Of a DNA stretch of 64,000 nucleotides, positions 19,372 to 28,406 are shown piece by piece. The position numbers and the translations under genes are program-made. This stretch comes from a virus (Duplodnaviria; Caudoviricetes). The stretch spans positions 1 through 64,000 of the IMG/VR virus record IMGVR_UViG_2873737359_000001; one strand, 5' to 3'. A model generated the notes under the pieces. The model made no database searches. It was not told the origin of the DNA and was given only the letters and a program-made list of their open reading frames with translations. Positions within the stretch are counted from its first letter, which is position 1; the number at the start of each line of letters is the position of its first letter.

Positions 19372-19602
19372 TCATATTTTTTTTTCTATATACTCTTCAT
19401 AGATATTATCCGTAATGGTTTTAATATCATCGTGCAAATTTTCTTCGGGATATTCAATAAGCGAAGGCCATATATAAGAACTCATGATAATGTAATAAAC
19501 AGCTTCTTTTTTGGAAAATGAATATTTCCTCATTAGAATTTGTATCAAACCTCTTAAATAATCTTCATCTTTAATCTTTTCATCGTAAGTTTTACTCATC
19601 AC
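19372..19602 (-). CDS. Hypothetical protein
   Basis: Coupled ORF. Confidence 0.6.
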   Translation of the reverse strand: MMSKTYDEKIKDEDYLRGLIQILMRKYSFSKKEAVYYIIMSSYIWPSLIEYPEENLHDDIKTITDNIYEEYIEKKI

Positions 19603-20336
19603 GCCACCCTCACTATTTTCTTATATAAACATATATCTTTATCATTAACAGCCGTATTCACATGATAATGACCAAAGAACCATCGTGTATATTCTGTTGT
19701 GCATCGAACCTGCTCTAAGTAATTAGTAAGCTTATCTGGCTTAAAACGTCTTCCGAATATTAATGCCTGTGTGGAAGAAGCCGTACAATGAGTTAAAATA
19801 AAATCTACTTTGTTATCTGCCACTGAAAGATTATTTAATCCTTCATCCATTTCTTCTTCATTCGGCATTTCTTCTTCCCACCAAGAGATATGATTAATCC
19901 GATACGTTTTAGAGATATCATTTCGCCATATTCTTACTCTAGGATCATCAATTTCAAGAACACCATCTTGAATATCATGACTCCGTGCTCCACCAAATGT
20001 AAAAAACGATTTATCATCAATATTAAAAACTTGGCCTCGCATAAGATGAATAACAGAATTATTTATAAAATGTACTTTTCCGCCATGCCATTCAGATACA
20101 GGATAAGAATTAAGAAGATCAAAATTACTATGATTACCATCTATAAAAAGTGTTGTAAAATTCCTCTCTTCAAGCCAATTTAAATCATGTCTTTGCTGCG
20201 GAGTATCATTCCATATACCGAAATCGCCAAGAACAATTACATAATCATCTTTGGTCATTTCTTTTTGTTCTGGAAATGATTCCATATTTAATCTATGAAC
20301 CCAATCCCCATGCGTATCACCTGTTACCCAGATCAT
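19599..20336 (-). CDS. Calcineurin-like metallophosphoesterase
   Basis: GDTHG, GDFG, DGNH, LTH, GHYH. Confidence 0.9.
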   Translation of the reverse strand: MIWVTGDTHGDWVHRLNMESFPEQKEMTKDDYVIVLGDFGIWNDTPQQRHDLNWLEERNFTTLFIDGNHSNFDLLNSYPVSEWHGGKVHFINNSVIHLMRGQVFNIDDKSFFTFGGARSHDIQDGVLEIDDPRVRIWRNDISKTYRINHISWWEEEMPNEEEMDEGLNNLSVADNKVDFILTHCTASSTQALIFGRRFKPDKLTNYLEQVRCTTEYTRWFFGHYHVNTAVNDKDICLYKKIVRVA

Positions 20337-20629
20337 TATTTACCTCTCTTCATCAAAAACATTGTTGGTTCTGCGATTTCATACCCGTTCTTTTGGTAGG
20401 TATGTATAGCTCTTTTATTATCAGCATTTACCCATAACACACTACAACCGTATTTTTCATTTAGCATTTTTACAATTTGTGTTCCATATCCTTTATTTTG
20501 ATATGGTGGGAAAATATTTAAACGTGAAAGCATTCTACCTTTTATATCAATTTCTGCCTCTCCTATTTTTTCATCATTCAGGAATATCTCAATTTCCTGG
20601 TATAGTTCATTTTCTTTAAGATTTATCAT
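20336..20629 (-). CDS. Minimal GNAT acetyltransferase
   Basis: YQNKGYGT acetyl-CoA motif, N.RAI..Y.K.GY. Confidence 0.85.
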   Translation of the reverse strand: MINLKENELYQEIEIFLNDEKIGEAEIDIKGRMLSRLNIFPPYQNKGYGTQIVKMLNEKYGCSVLWVNADNKRAIHTYQKNGYEIAEPTMFLMKRGK

Positions 20630-20825
20630 TCTTCATCTCCTTCGACTCCTCCCTTAACCTAATAGCTCTTTTGACTTCTCTGTCTGTACTTTTCACATGC
20701 CTACCACTTGCACACTTTACACATTTAATTCTCCAACGACCTTGATATCGCTCAAAATGCCCGAACCCAGTGGGTACATATTCACCACAACAATAACATG
20801 TTCCTGGATATCTATTTCTTGCCAT
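20616..20825 (-). CDS. Small Cys-rich protein
   Basis: RNRYPGTCYCCG, CVKC. Confidence 0.65.
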   Translation of the reverse strand: MARNRYPGTCYCCGEYVPTGFGHFERYQGRWRIKCVKCASGRHVKSTDREVKRAIRLREESKEMKNDKS

Positions 20826-21288
20826 TCTTCATCTCCTCTAACTTCTTCTCGGCTTCTTCGCGAGTGAGAAAAATAGATTTTCCTATAGAATTTTTCATAA
20901 TTGAAGTAAATTTAATTTCTTTTACATAATATAATTTTCTTTCATATTCACACTGAATATCTTCTTCACATTTCCACTTTTGAGTAGCCTTGCAATTATC
21001 ATAATCGTAAATGCAATCAAGAAATGATCCTACTACATACACATTAGTTCCTGTCGCAACTGGCAACCTCACAAGTAAGCCCTGTTCTTCTAAGTCTTTG
21101 TAAGACTTTAATTCTTCCAACCACTTTACAAGTTGCATATGTTCTTCCGCACATTTTATACAATTAGTCTTTATATCATCGTCTATAGAATCAATTGGCT
21201 CAAAATCTGCGCCTCTATAATTCTTTTCTGCTACTTCTTTTGCATGAGCAATAGCTTCTTCAAGCGTTAATCTCTCCATCTGCTTCAT
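20812..21288 (-). CDS. Hypothetical phage protein
   Basis: LEEQGLLVRLP...FLTREEAE pattern common in Firmicutes phages. Confidence 0.75.
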   Translation of the reverse strand: MKQMERLTLEEAIAHAKEVAEKNYRGADFEPIDSIDDDIKTNCIKCAEEHMQLVKWLEELKSYKDLEEQGLLVRLPVATGTNVYVVGSFLDCIYDYDNCKATQKWKCEEDIQCEYERKLYYVKEIKFTSIMKNSIGKSIFLTREEAEKKLEEMKNGKK

Positions 21289-21302
21289 CTTAAAACCTTA
21301 TA

Positions 21303-21716
21303 TTATTTATTCTCCAGTTCATTGTATCTTTCAAGTAACTCTCTAAGTGCCGGATTCTCTGCTGCATACATTACGTATTTTTTTACTTCATCCATATCTT
21401 TAATGATCTTGTCCATCTCTTTGCGGAGTTTTGCTGCTTCTTTACGCTGCATAACCCTGTATTCATATGCCGCTGTATTAATCTTACAAATAACTTCCGC
21501 AGTAATCCCTTTAGAAATATTTTCCTCAATAAAATCTGGTGTAACAAAGTCTTTAATAGTCACAATACGATCAGAACCATTGCCAGAGACATATACTGTA
21601 TCTCCAACAGCATATTTTGTTCCGTCTTCATAAATTGCAAAGTAATAATCTTTTTTACAACATCCAGATCCTAATTCAACAACTGCTACTGACTGATATC
21701 CTGTTAATTTTGCCAT
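21303..21716 (-). CDS. Hypothetical phage protein
   Basis: AAGGAG before ATG 21716 (MAKLTG). Confidence 0.7.
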   Translation of the reverse strand: MAKLTGYQSVAVVELGSGCCKKDYYFAIYEDGTKYAVGDTVYVSGNGSDRIVTIKDFVTPDFIEENISKGITAEVICKINTAAYEYRVMQRKEAAKLRKEMDKIIKDMDEVKKYVMYAAENPALRELLERYNELENK

Positions 21717-21852
21717 TTCTTCATTCTCCTTTTTCTCAATATTATTAAGCTTATATTGCAATACAAAACTATCAAGTGTGCCTTTACGTTTTTTTGCAAT
21801 TATAATAGATGCAAATTTTATAGGAAACTCTATCATATGTTACTACCTATAT

Positions 21853-22035
21853 TTATTTCTTCTTATTTTTAAATAGCGTACCGATTAAAAGCATAATTAG
21901 CCAACATCCTGTTGCCATTGGCAAACTAAAACCGATTCCAAAACATAATGTGATTAAATAAATAATCCCACAAGTCACGGCCCAACTAACTAAATATGCA
22001 AGTACAACTACTAATATAAAACCTAAGCAATTTAT
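21853..22035 (-). CDS. 60-aa two-TM protein with ATA start (possible lost ATG)
   Basis: INCLGFILVVVLAYLVSWAVTCGIIYLITLCFG...KNKKK; in-frame TAA directly upstream. Confidence 0.5.
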   Translation of the reverse strand: MNCLGFILVVVLAYLVSWAVTCGIIYLITLCFGIGFSLPMATGCWLIMLLIGTLFKNKKK

Positions 22036-22050
22036 TTATTCTTCTTTCTT

Positions 22051-22074
22051 GGAGCAGGTGAAATATCCTGCTCC
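22051..22074. terminator. GC-rich hairpin
   Basis: GGAGCAGG-8 nt-CCTGCTCC after a stop codon. Confidence 0.55.
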
Positions 22075-22085
22075 ATGTTGTTATA

Positions 22086-23066
22086 TTATTTTCCTGCCTG
22101 CTGTGTCTGACCATTCAGAATTTTGACTCCGCCTGTGGATCTAACAGTATCTGCTGCCAGTTCTCTCATCTGTGCATATGCGTCGTCCAATTTCTTTCTT
22201 AATTCAGTTTTTTCACTTGTAAGAGAAGATACGTCCTCAAGAAGTTTTGAAATCTGATTTGTAAGATCTTTTACTTTATACTCATTCTCCTGTTTCAGGT
22301 ATCTAACCTCGAAAGCATTAGATCTGTCTGCATCGGCCTTACCCTTCTTGATTCCTTCTTCGGTTGCTTCCTGAAGCATCTGCGGGATATCTTTTACTTT
22401 CTTCTCAAGATCCTCAATATATGCTGTCTTCTCTGCAATTTCTGCTTCATCGGCTCTGACAGCTGCAATTCTCTCATTCAGCTCTTTTTCACGTTTGGCA
22501 ACTTTATCATCCCATTCATCATCGGCTGCTTTACGTTCTCTCTTAATATTATAGTCATATTCCTCTTTATCACGTTTGCGCTGCTTTTCAATAGAGGCTT
22601 TCAGATCTGCGGCCTCAGTTTCAATAGAATCAAGAATCTCATTCTTCTTCTGCTGGAGTTTGTAAATGTCGTCATTTAACTCAGCTGTTTTAGCATTGTG
22701 GGAATCATCCAGCTCCTTATTCTTAGCATCATATTTTTCTTTCAGCTCAATCTCTTTCTCCTTATGAGCGTTGACCATTGCAACAAAAGAATTAGCTTCT
22801 GAATCCAGATCGTACAGATCTTTCAGTTCAGCTTTTTTAATATCAATTGCTTCCTTAAGATCATTGTATTTAGCAATAATATTTGGATTAAGAATGTCTT
22901 GTGTCGCAATATCATCTGCAGATGCAAGAGTAGCCGTTCTTTTCTCTACCATTGCTGCCTTTACAGGATCGTCTGTAAGCTGCGCCTGTGCATCAAGTTT
23001 AGCCTTTGCTGCTTTGTATGCTTCCATGATTTCTGCCTTTGTTGATTTTAATGTTACTTCTGCCAT
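22086..23066 (-). CDS. Long coiled-coil protein
   Basis: E/K/A-rich heptads throughout. Confidence 0.8.
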   Translation of the reverse strand: MAEVTLKSTKAEIMEAYKAAKAKLDAQAQLTDDPVKAAMVEKRTATLASADDIATQDILNPNIIAKYNDLKEAIDIKKAELKDLYDLDSEANSFVAMVNAHKEKEIELKEKYDAKNKELDDSHNAKTAELNDDIYKLQQKKNEILDSIETEAADLKASIEKQRKRDKEEYDYNIKRERKAADDEWDDKVAKREKELNERIAAVRADEAEIAEKTAYIEDLEKKVKDIPQMLQEATEEGIKKGKADADRSNAFEVRYLKQENEYKVKDLTNQISKLLEDVSSLTSEKTELRKKLDDAYAQMRELAADTVRSTGGVKILNGQTQQAGK

Positions 23067-23132
23067 TTTATTGTTCTCCTTTATTTTATAATATTTATAT
23101 GAAATTTATTTTTAACAGTATAAGATTGAAAA

Positions 23133-23954
23133 TTATAAATCTAACTTAGTTTGAAACGTTATATCTTCTACGTCCTCAATTCCAAGCCGACCACCCTTAA
23201 TAAAATATTGATTTATCAAAGTGTTTATAATTCTTGCACCAAGAGTATTATTTTCATAGTTCTTTTTTAAATACTCTTTAATGGACTTAACTACAGAATC
23301 TCTATCTACGTCTGTAAAAATGCCAAGATAAGTATTTAATAATTCTGAATTTTCCAAGATTGTATACAGATCTTCTAATGTCAATTTATTCGTATTGTAG
23401 ACAAGCCCTACTCTTCCAAGAAATTCTGTTTTTACGCCAAATTTTCTCAACTTGTCCAATGTGATTTTTTCTTCGTTATTAAAAGCACCAGCAAAAATAA
23501 ATAATACTCTGCTTATATCAATATCATGATACTTCCCATAATTTCCATATACAGAGGTATATTTAGACTCCAATATTTTTAAAAATTCATTTTGTACTCC
23601 AATCGTAATCTCATTTGCAAGAGATGAATTTGAATTACCAGAAATAAAAAGTTTGTCAAATTCATCCACAAACACTACAACATTTTTTGAAGTATAATTT
23701 TCAAGTGGTACGAGTGCTTTACTGAGAGAATTTCCAGAAGTTCCTTCTTTTGTGATCTGAGCTGCATTTATTTCAAGCATTTCAAGATTTTTCATCTTGC
23801 ATAAAGATTTAATAGTGTAACTTTTACCAGAACCACTTGCTCCGGTAAGAATAAAATGTGGTCGAATCTTGGCATTACTAGCTACAAAAATGTCTAATAT
23901 TTTACCTATTTCTGACATAACCTGTGACTGGCCAACGATCTGTGTTTTCTTCAT
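23133..23954 (-). CDS. ClpX/HslU-like AAA+ ATPase (minimal)
   Basis: GASGSGKS, VFVDEFDK, GVQ...LKILE, EFLGR. Confidence 0.85.
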   Translation of the reverse strand: MKKTQIVGQSQVMSEIGKILDIFVASNAKIRPHFILTGASGSGKSYTIKSLCKMKNLEMLEINAAQITKEGTSGNSLSKALVPLENYTSKNVVVFVDEFDKLFISGNSNSSLANEITIGVQNEFLKILESKYTSVYGNYGKYHDIDISRVLFIFAGAFNNEEKITLDKLRKFGVKTEFLGRVGLVYNTNKLTLEDLYTILENSELLNTYLGIFTDVDRDSVVKSIKEYLKKNYENNTLGARIINTLINQYFIKGGRLGIEDVEDITFQTKLDL

Positions 23955-23999
23955 GTTTCCTCCTTTTTGTAGATTATATAAAATTTTAATAATTACTAA

Positions 24000-24512
24000 T
24001 TAATCTTCGTACAACACTATTTTTTTGTCTTCAATAGATCTCTGTACATCAATTACTCTCTGGTTTGTAGAGCCAGCCCAATGATAATTGATATCTGCGA
24101 GATTTTCCTCGAACGTTCCATCTACTATTACGTCTGTATCTTCCAAAATTGCTGTTAATATAGGCCAAGCTTCTTCAATTATTTCTTCCCAAGTATATCC
24201 CGTATAGATCCAAATAGATTTCGTATTTTTATATTTTCTACGAATACATTTGATCAAATCACAAACAATCAATCTATTATTTTTATTTAATGGATCACCG
24301 CCAGAAAAAGTAATTCCAGAAATATAATCTTTGTCGAGCTGATCGAAAATTTCATCAACTGCTGTTGTATCAAATAAGATGCCTGATTTTGTATCCCACG
24401 TTTCTGGATTTTGACAATTTTTACAATAATGATCACAACCAGAAACAAATAACGTTACTCTTAATCCTGGGCCATTATTCATGTCGTCATGCTTAATATC
24501 GTGATAATTCAT
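24000..24512 (-). CDS. nrdG: Anaerobic RNR activase
   Basis: NGPGLR, CxxxCxxC, SGGDP, GS.NQR. Confidence 0.95.
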   Translation of the reverse strand: MNYHDIKHDDMNNGPGLRVTLFVSGCDHYCKNCQNPETWDTKSGILFDTTAVDEIFDQLDKDYISGITFSGGDPLNKNNRLIVCDLIKCIRRKYKNTKSIWIYTGYTWEEIIEEAWPILTAILEDTDVIVDGTFEENLADINYHWAGSTNQRVIDVQRSIEDKKIVLYED

Positions 24513-26689
24513 TACATTGATTTCCTCTCTGAAATTTCTACCATCTTAGCTTTATTAAGACGAGTATCACCATGAACTCTACTATATGATAAATATCCAT
24601 TCATTCTATCAATTTTTGTAAGATTAGTTGAACCACATATCGGACACACATCCATATCAAGTTCCTCATGACCACAATCATCACAGTATGCAAGAGAAAG
24701 ATTTACGCCTTCATAATAGCCTAATTTCATAGCTCTTCTTACGAGAGTGACAACAGCCTCTCGATTATAATTAATTGGGTACCTTACATACTGAATTTTC
24801 CCACCATTAAGGAGATTCCAAAATCTATTTTCGAGATCCTGTTTTTCAATAGGTGTAATATCTTCCCATACTCCACAATGAAAACTATTGCTCACATATT
24901 CTCTATCTGAGACTCCAGGAATGATTCCGTACATCTTACGGAACTGCTCTACCTGAAGGCCACATAAACTCTCTGCCGGAGTGCCGTATATAGCATACAA
25001 TAAACCGTCTTCGTGTTTGAACTCATCAATTTTCTTATTGATATGTTTCATAACTTCTACAGCAAATTGTCCATCCTCAACTAAAGACTTTCTATTATAT
25101 AATTCTTGCAGTTCATTTAATGCCGTAATGCCAAATGATAATGTCATCGGTTTTAAAATCGATTTGATTTTTTCATCCGGTTTTAAATGTCCACCATAGA
25201 AACCACCCTCGCAATAACCAATTGGATTTGTTGAAGCTTTCATTTCTCCAATATAATCATATGTACGTTTATGGATTCCTCTAATCATTTCCAAATAATA
25301 ATCAAGTACTTCATAGAAATTTCTACTTTCTCTCTGAGCTTTTGCAAGTATCATCGGTAAATGAAGGCTTACAACACCAAGATTAAAACGTCCTTCAAAC
25401 ACTGCTTTATCATTCTCATCCGCTGGCTCCATACCGCCACGCTCGTACCACGGACTTAAAAAAGCACGACATCCCATTGGTGAAACAACCGTTCCGTATT
25501 TCTTGTACATACTTGGTACGTATCCATCTCCAGTCAAAGATAACCAGTCTGGATACATAGTTTTCATACTACATTCAATACCCGCATTAAACACATCTTC
25601 ATTAACTTTTCCTGGTCCATGAAGATTTTCGTCATAAAGAAATACTAATTTAGGAAACAATACCGGTTTCTTATTGCCATCTTTCCCCTGACCTTCTTTA
25701 TGTACATTGAGGAATGTAATGGAAGCCATCTTTCCAAATTTTGAAGTAGAAAGACCGAACGTCATAGTAACAAATGGATAGTCACCTCTGGAAGAACCGA
25801 CTGTATTCAGCTTATATTCAATTCCCTGCCATCCCTGTTCAAAGTCACGTTTTACTTTATTTGTAGCGTATTTACAAGCTTCTTCTTCAATATTTTTTTC
25901 AGCATAAGAAGCTGTATCGAGCCAAGTACCATCAATATCTGAATAAATGATATTTAAGAATTCTCTATAATATTTTTGATAACTCTTTTCTGCATACGAT
26001 TCTAGGATTTTATCAACCTGTGGTACTGTGAAACCTCCATACTGCTGTGCTGCAGTACTCAAGATAATGTCACCCATAACATCAAATGCGGTATCAAGAG
26101 AATTTGGCTCATTATACCAAACATTCCCCATTTCAAAACCACCTTTCATGACTTCTCCAACTAGGAAAAGACAACAATTTATGGTGTCAAGCCTAGCTGA
26201 CTGATCATGCACATAAATATATCCACCCTTACATGCCTGTAATTCATCTCGTGTCATAAAAAACTTCCTGTACAGCTCCTTGTTCAGCTCATTGAAGATC
26301 AGGCTTCGTTTCGTGGCAACAAGTGCACTATCTGTGTTGGCATTACTTTTATCACCGATATAACGGATCGCCTGACTTTTCGTATAAACTTCATCCATCA
26401 TATGAATAAATTCTTTCTTATAATTACGATAATCTTTATAAGACTTCGCAATTTTAGGATTAAATTCATCCAGAGCGGCCTCTACCGCATTATGTAAATC
26501 TTCTACAGTACATTTCTCCTGCTCGTCAACATCATCTGCAATCAATTCATCCCATACAAGATCAATAATTTTTTTATAATCTTCATTAGAAAGAGTAACC
26601 ATTACACGACTGGCTGATTTATTTACTGCATTTACAATTTTCTGATCGTTAAAAGGCTCTTCAGTCAAATCTTTCTTTATTACAATCAT
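24512..26689 (-). CDS. nrdD: Class III ribonucleotide reductase with ATP cone
   Basis: MGCR, TPAES, NSFH, CxxC-CxxC, RMNGYL glycyl motif. Confidence 0.96.
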   Translation of the reverse strand: MIVIKKDLTEEPFNDQKIVNAVNKSASRVMVTLSNEDYKKIIDLVWDELIADDVDEQEKCTVEDLHNAVEAALDEFNPKIAKSYKDYRNYKKEFIHMMDEVYTKSQAIRYIGDKSNANTDSALVATKRSLIFNELNKELYRKFFMTRDELQACKGGYIYVHDQSARLDTINCCLFLVGEVMKGGFEMGNVWYNEPNSLDTAFDVMGDIILSTAAQQYGGFTVPQVDKILESYAEKSYQKYYREFLNIIYSDIDGTWLDTASYAEKNIEEEACKYATNKVKRDFEQGWQGIEYKLNTVGSSRGDYPFVTMTFGLSTSKFGKMASITFLNVHKEGQGKDGNKKPVLFPKLVFLYDENLHGPGKVNEDVFNAGIECSMKTMYPDWLSLTGDGYVPSMYKKYGTVVSPMGCRAFLSPWYERGGMEPADENDKAVFEGRFNLGVVSLHLPMILAKAQRESRNFYEVLDYYLEMIRGIHKRTYDYIGEMKASTNPIGYCEGGFYGGHLKPDEKIKSILKPMTLSFGITALNELQELYNRKSLVEDGQFAVEVMKHINKKIDEFKHEDGLLYAIYGTPAESLCGLQVEQFRKMYGIIPGVSDREYVSNSFHCGVWEDITPIEKQDLENRFWNLLNGGKIQYVRYPINYNREAVVTLVRRAMKLGYYEGVNLSLAYCDDCGHEELDMDVCPICGSTNLTKIDRMNGYLSYSRVHGDTRLNKAKMVEISERKSM

Positions 26690-26738
26690 TTTAATTTCTC
26701 CATTATTATATCAAATTTATTATTGAAAGTATCGGGAG

Positions 26739-27335
26739 CTAAGACAACTCTTTTTTAATCCATTCACATACAATATCTACAGATTCTTCAAGAGGCTTGT
26801 CGTTTAATAAATGATAATCAAACATCTGCTCCTTTTCATATTCTGCAAACTGTATACTTTCATCATCGTATCTGTTCTTAAACTCCTGTTTTGTGCCTCC
26901 ACGGTCAATGAATCTTTGTTCATTTAATCTATACGGAACACGAATATAAATCTCTATAAATTTATACTGATCTCCACAAGCTTCTTTCAAGATCTTGACA
27001 CCTGCTGGGTCGATCACATATATATCTGATTTATCTAATTCATCAAATGTAGTAGCATATCTATTCCCATTAATTTCTGTGTATGCTACGAACCCTTCCC
27101 TGTTACCAATGGAATCAAATTCTTCATTTGAAACGAAATAATGATCCCAACTATCATTTTTTTCATTCTCATTACGAGGATGTCTGGTAGTAAGGCTTTT
27201 TACCTGTTTTAGTCCAAGTTTTTCACAAATACTATGTGCTATAACAGATTTCCCGGCGCCAGTACGTCCTATAAATAAGAATTTAACTGGTTTTATTATC
27301 TTCTGATCCTTCTGTATTTCCTGATTCTGGCTCAT
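26739..27335 (-). CDS. Guanylate kinase-like NMP kinase
   Basis: GRTGAGKS, TTR.PR..E, YVIDP.G. Confidence 0.85.
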   Translation of the reverse strand: MSQNQEIQKDQKIIKPVKFLFIGRTGAGKSVIAHSICEKLGLKQVKSLTTRHPRNENEKNDSWDHYFVSNEEFDSIGNREGFVAYTEINGNRYATTFDELDKSDIYVIDPAGVKILKEACGDQYKFIEIYIRVPYRLNEQRFIDRGGTKQEFKNRYDDESIQFAEYEKEQMFDYHLLNDKPLEESVDIVCEWIKKELS

Positions 27336-27513
27336 TCTTTTCTTCGCCTTCTTTCTGTATATAAAGCACATAATTATTGTTTTTAGTACATGCGGCTTTA
27401 AACAATGTGGCTGCCATCTGCCCCTCAGCTTCAAGGAACCTTCTGCAAGATTCTTTTAAGTCGCATGTATTGTCATCATTCTTGCAAAAGTATAAAGAAT
27501 CTAAATCAGACAT
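27283..27513 (-). CDS. Small Cys-containing protein
   Basis: C......C.LKESC.R pattern. Confidence 0.55.
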   Translation of the reverse strand: MSDLDSLYFCKNDDNTCDLKESCRRFLEAEGQMAATLFKAACTKNNNYVLYIQKEGEEKNEPESGNTEGSEDNKTS

Positions 27514-28273
27514 TATTACTCTCCACTTCAAGCAAGAATTCTCTAGTAATCCATGGATACCACTCATGTACCTGATCAATCAAACGTTCGATAGCAATCT
27601 GTAACTCTGGGGCTGCATTACCATGAGCAAGGTGTCCATTTTCTTTATCATTCATTCCTCTTTCAATATATACATGAGCAAGTTCTGTAACATTGATTTT
27701 GAATGTAAAATTCATAGGAAGCGAAAGCATATACAAACCACGTTTTACATCATTATTCTTCTCAAGACCTTTAAGAATGTAACCATTCTCGGCTTTGACA
27801 TATGTTTTGCCATCATGCTCAATCTCATCCGGAAGATTCATACTTAAAAGCTGCAGAGCTATATCTGTAGGAATAATCTTGCCGTCATACCATTCAGACA
27901 TCTCTTCTGTATTATAAGAAGCAAGTCTGGTGCTGCTACGAATAATCCGGTTATCCATTCTTTTTGCATGAGCATCAAGATCGTCAGTAGCTCCTCTATG
28001 AAGTCCAATTACAACTACTGAGAGATCTACGAATCTCCACATGGTAATATGTTTTCTACCAAATTTAACGAGTTTTTTCATCATATCATCAAATTCCGCC
28101 GCCATTGGATCAGCATCATTAAATTCTTTTATAAATCGTCCATGTCGATCTGTGCAATACTCTACAACAGTTCTGATCTTATCCTCCAGTTCAGGAGTCC
28201 ATGTACGTTTGCTCATGTACATCGTTCTTAATGCGTCTCGAATTGAATGCATTTCAGTTAAATAAATATTCAT
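27506..28273 (-). CDS. Divergent ThyX-like flavoprotein
   Basis: H...RF......GLHR....DL..H...R.STR spacing resembles ThyX; ATG 28273 after AAGGAG. Confidence 0.5.
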   Translation of the reverse strand: MNIYLTEMHSIRDALRTMYMSKRTWTPELEDKIRTVVEYCTDRHGRFIKEFNDADPMAAEFDDMMKKLVKFGRKHITMWRFVDLSVVVIGLHRGATDDLDAHAKRMDNRIIRSSTRLASYNTEEMSEWYDGKIIPTDIALQLLSMNLPDEIEHDGKTYVKAENGYILKGLEKNNDVKRGLYMLSLPMNFTFKINVTELAHVYIERGMNDKENGHLAHGNAAPELQIAIERLIDQVHEWYPWITREFLLEVESNNV

Positions 28274-28355
28274 TTTAATTCTCCTTATAGAGATAAAATT
28301 TATTATTGATAGTTTCAAGAGTTTTAAAAAATCAGCACTTCTTGCTGATGAAGAT

Positions 28356-28406
28356 ATCATATCATTTTCAATCAGTATTGTCAATACAAAATTTATTATT
28401 GATAGT
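28356..28406 (-). promoter_or_regulatory. sigmaA promoter with adjacent operator
   Basis: Operator 28389-28406, 4 bp, TTGACA-17-TATGAT with extended TG; second operator 28296-28313. Confidence 0.75.
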
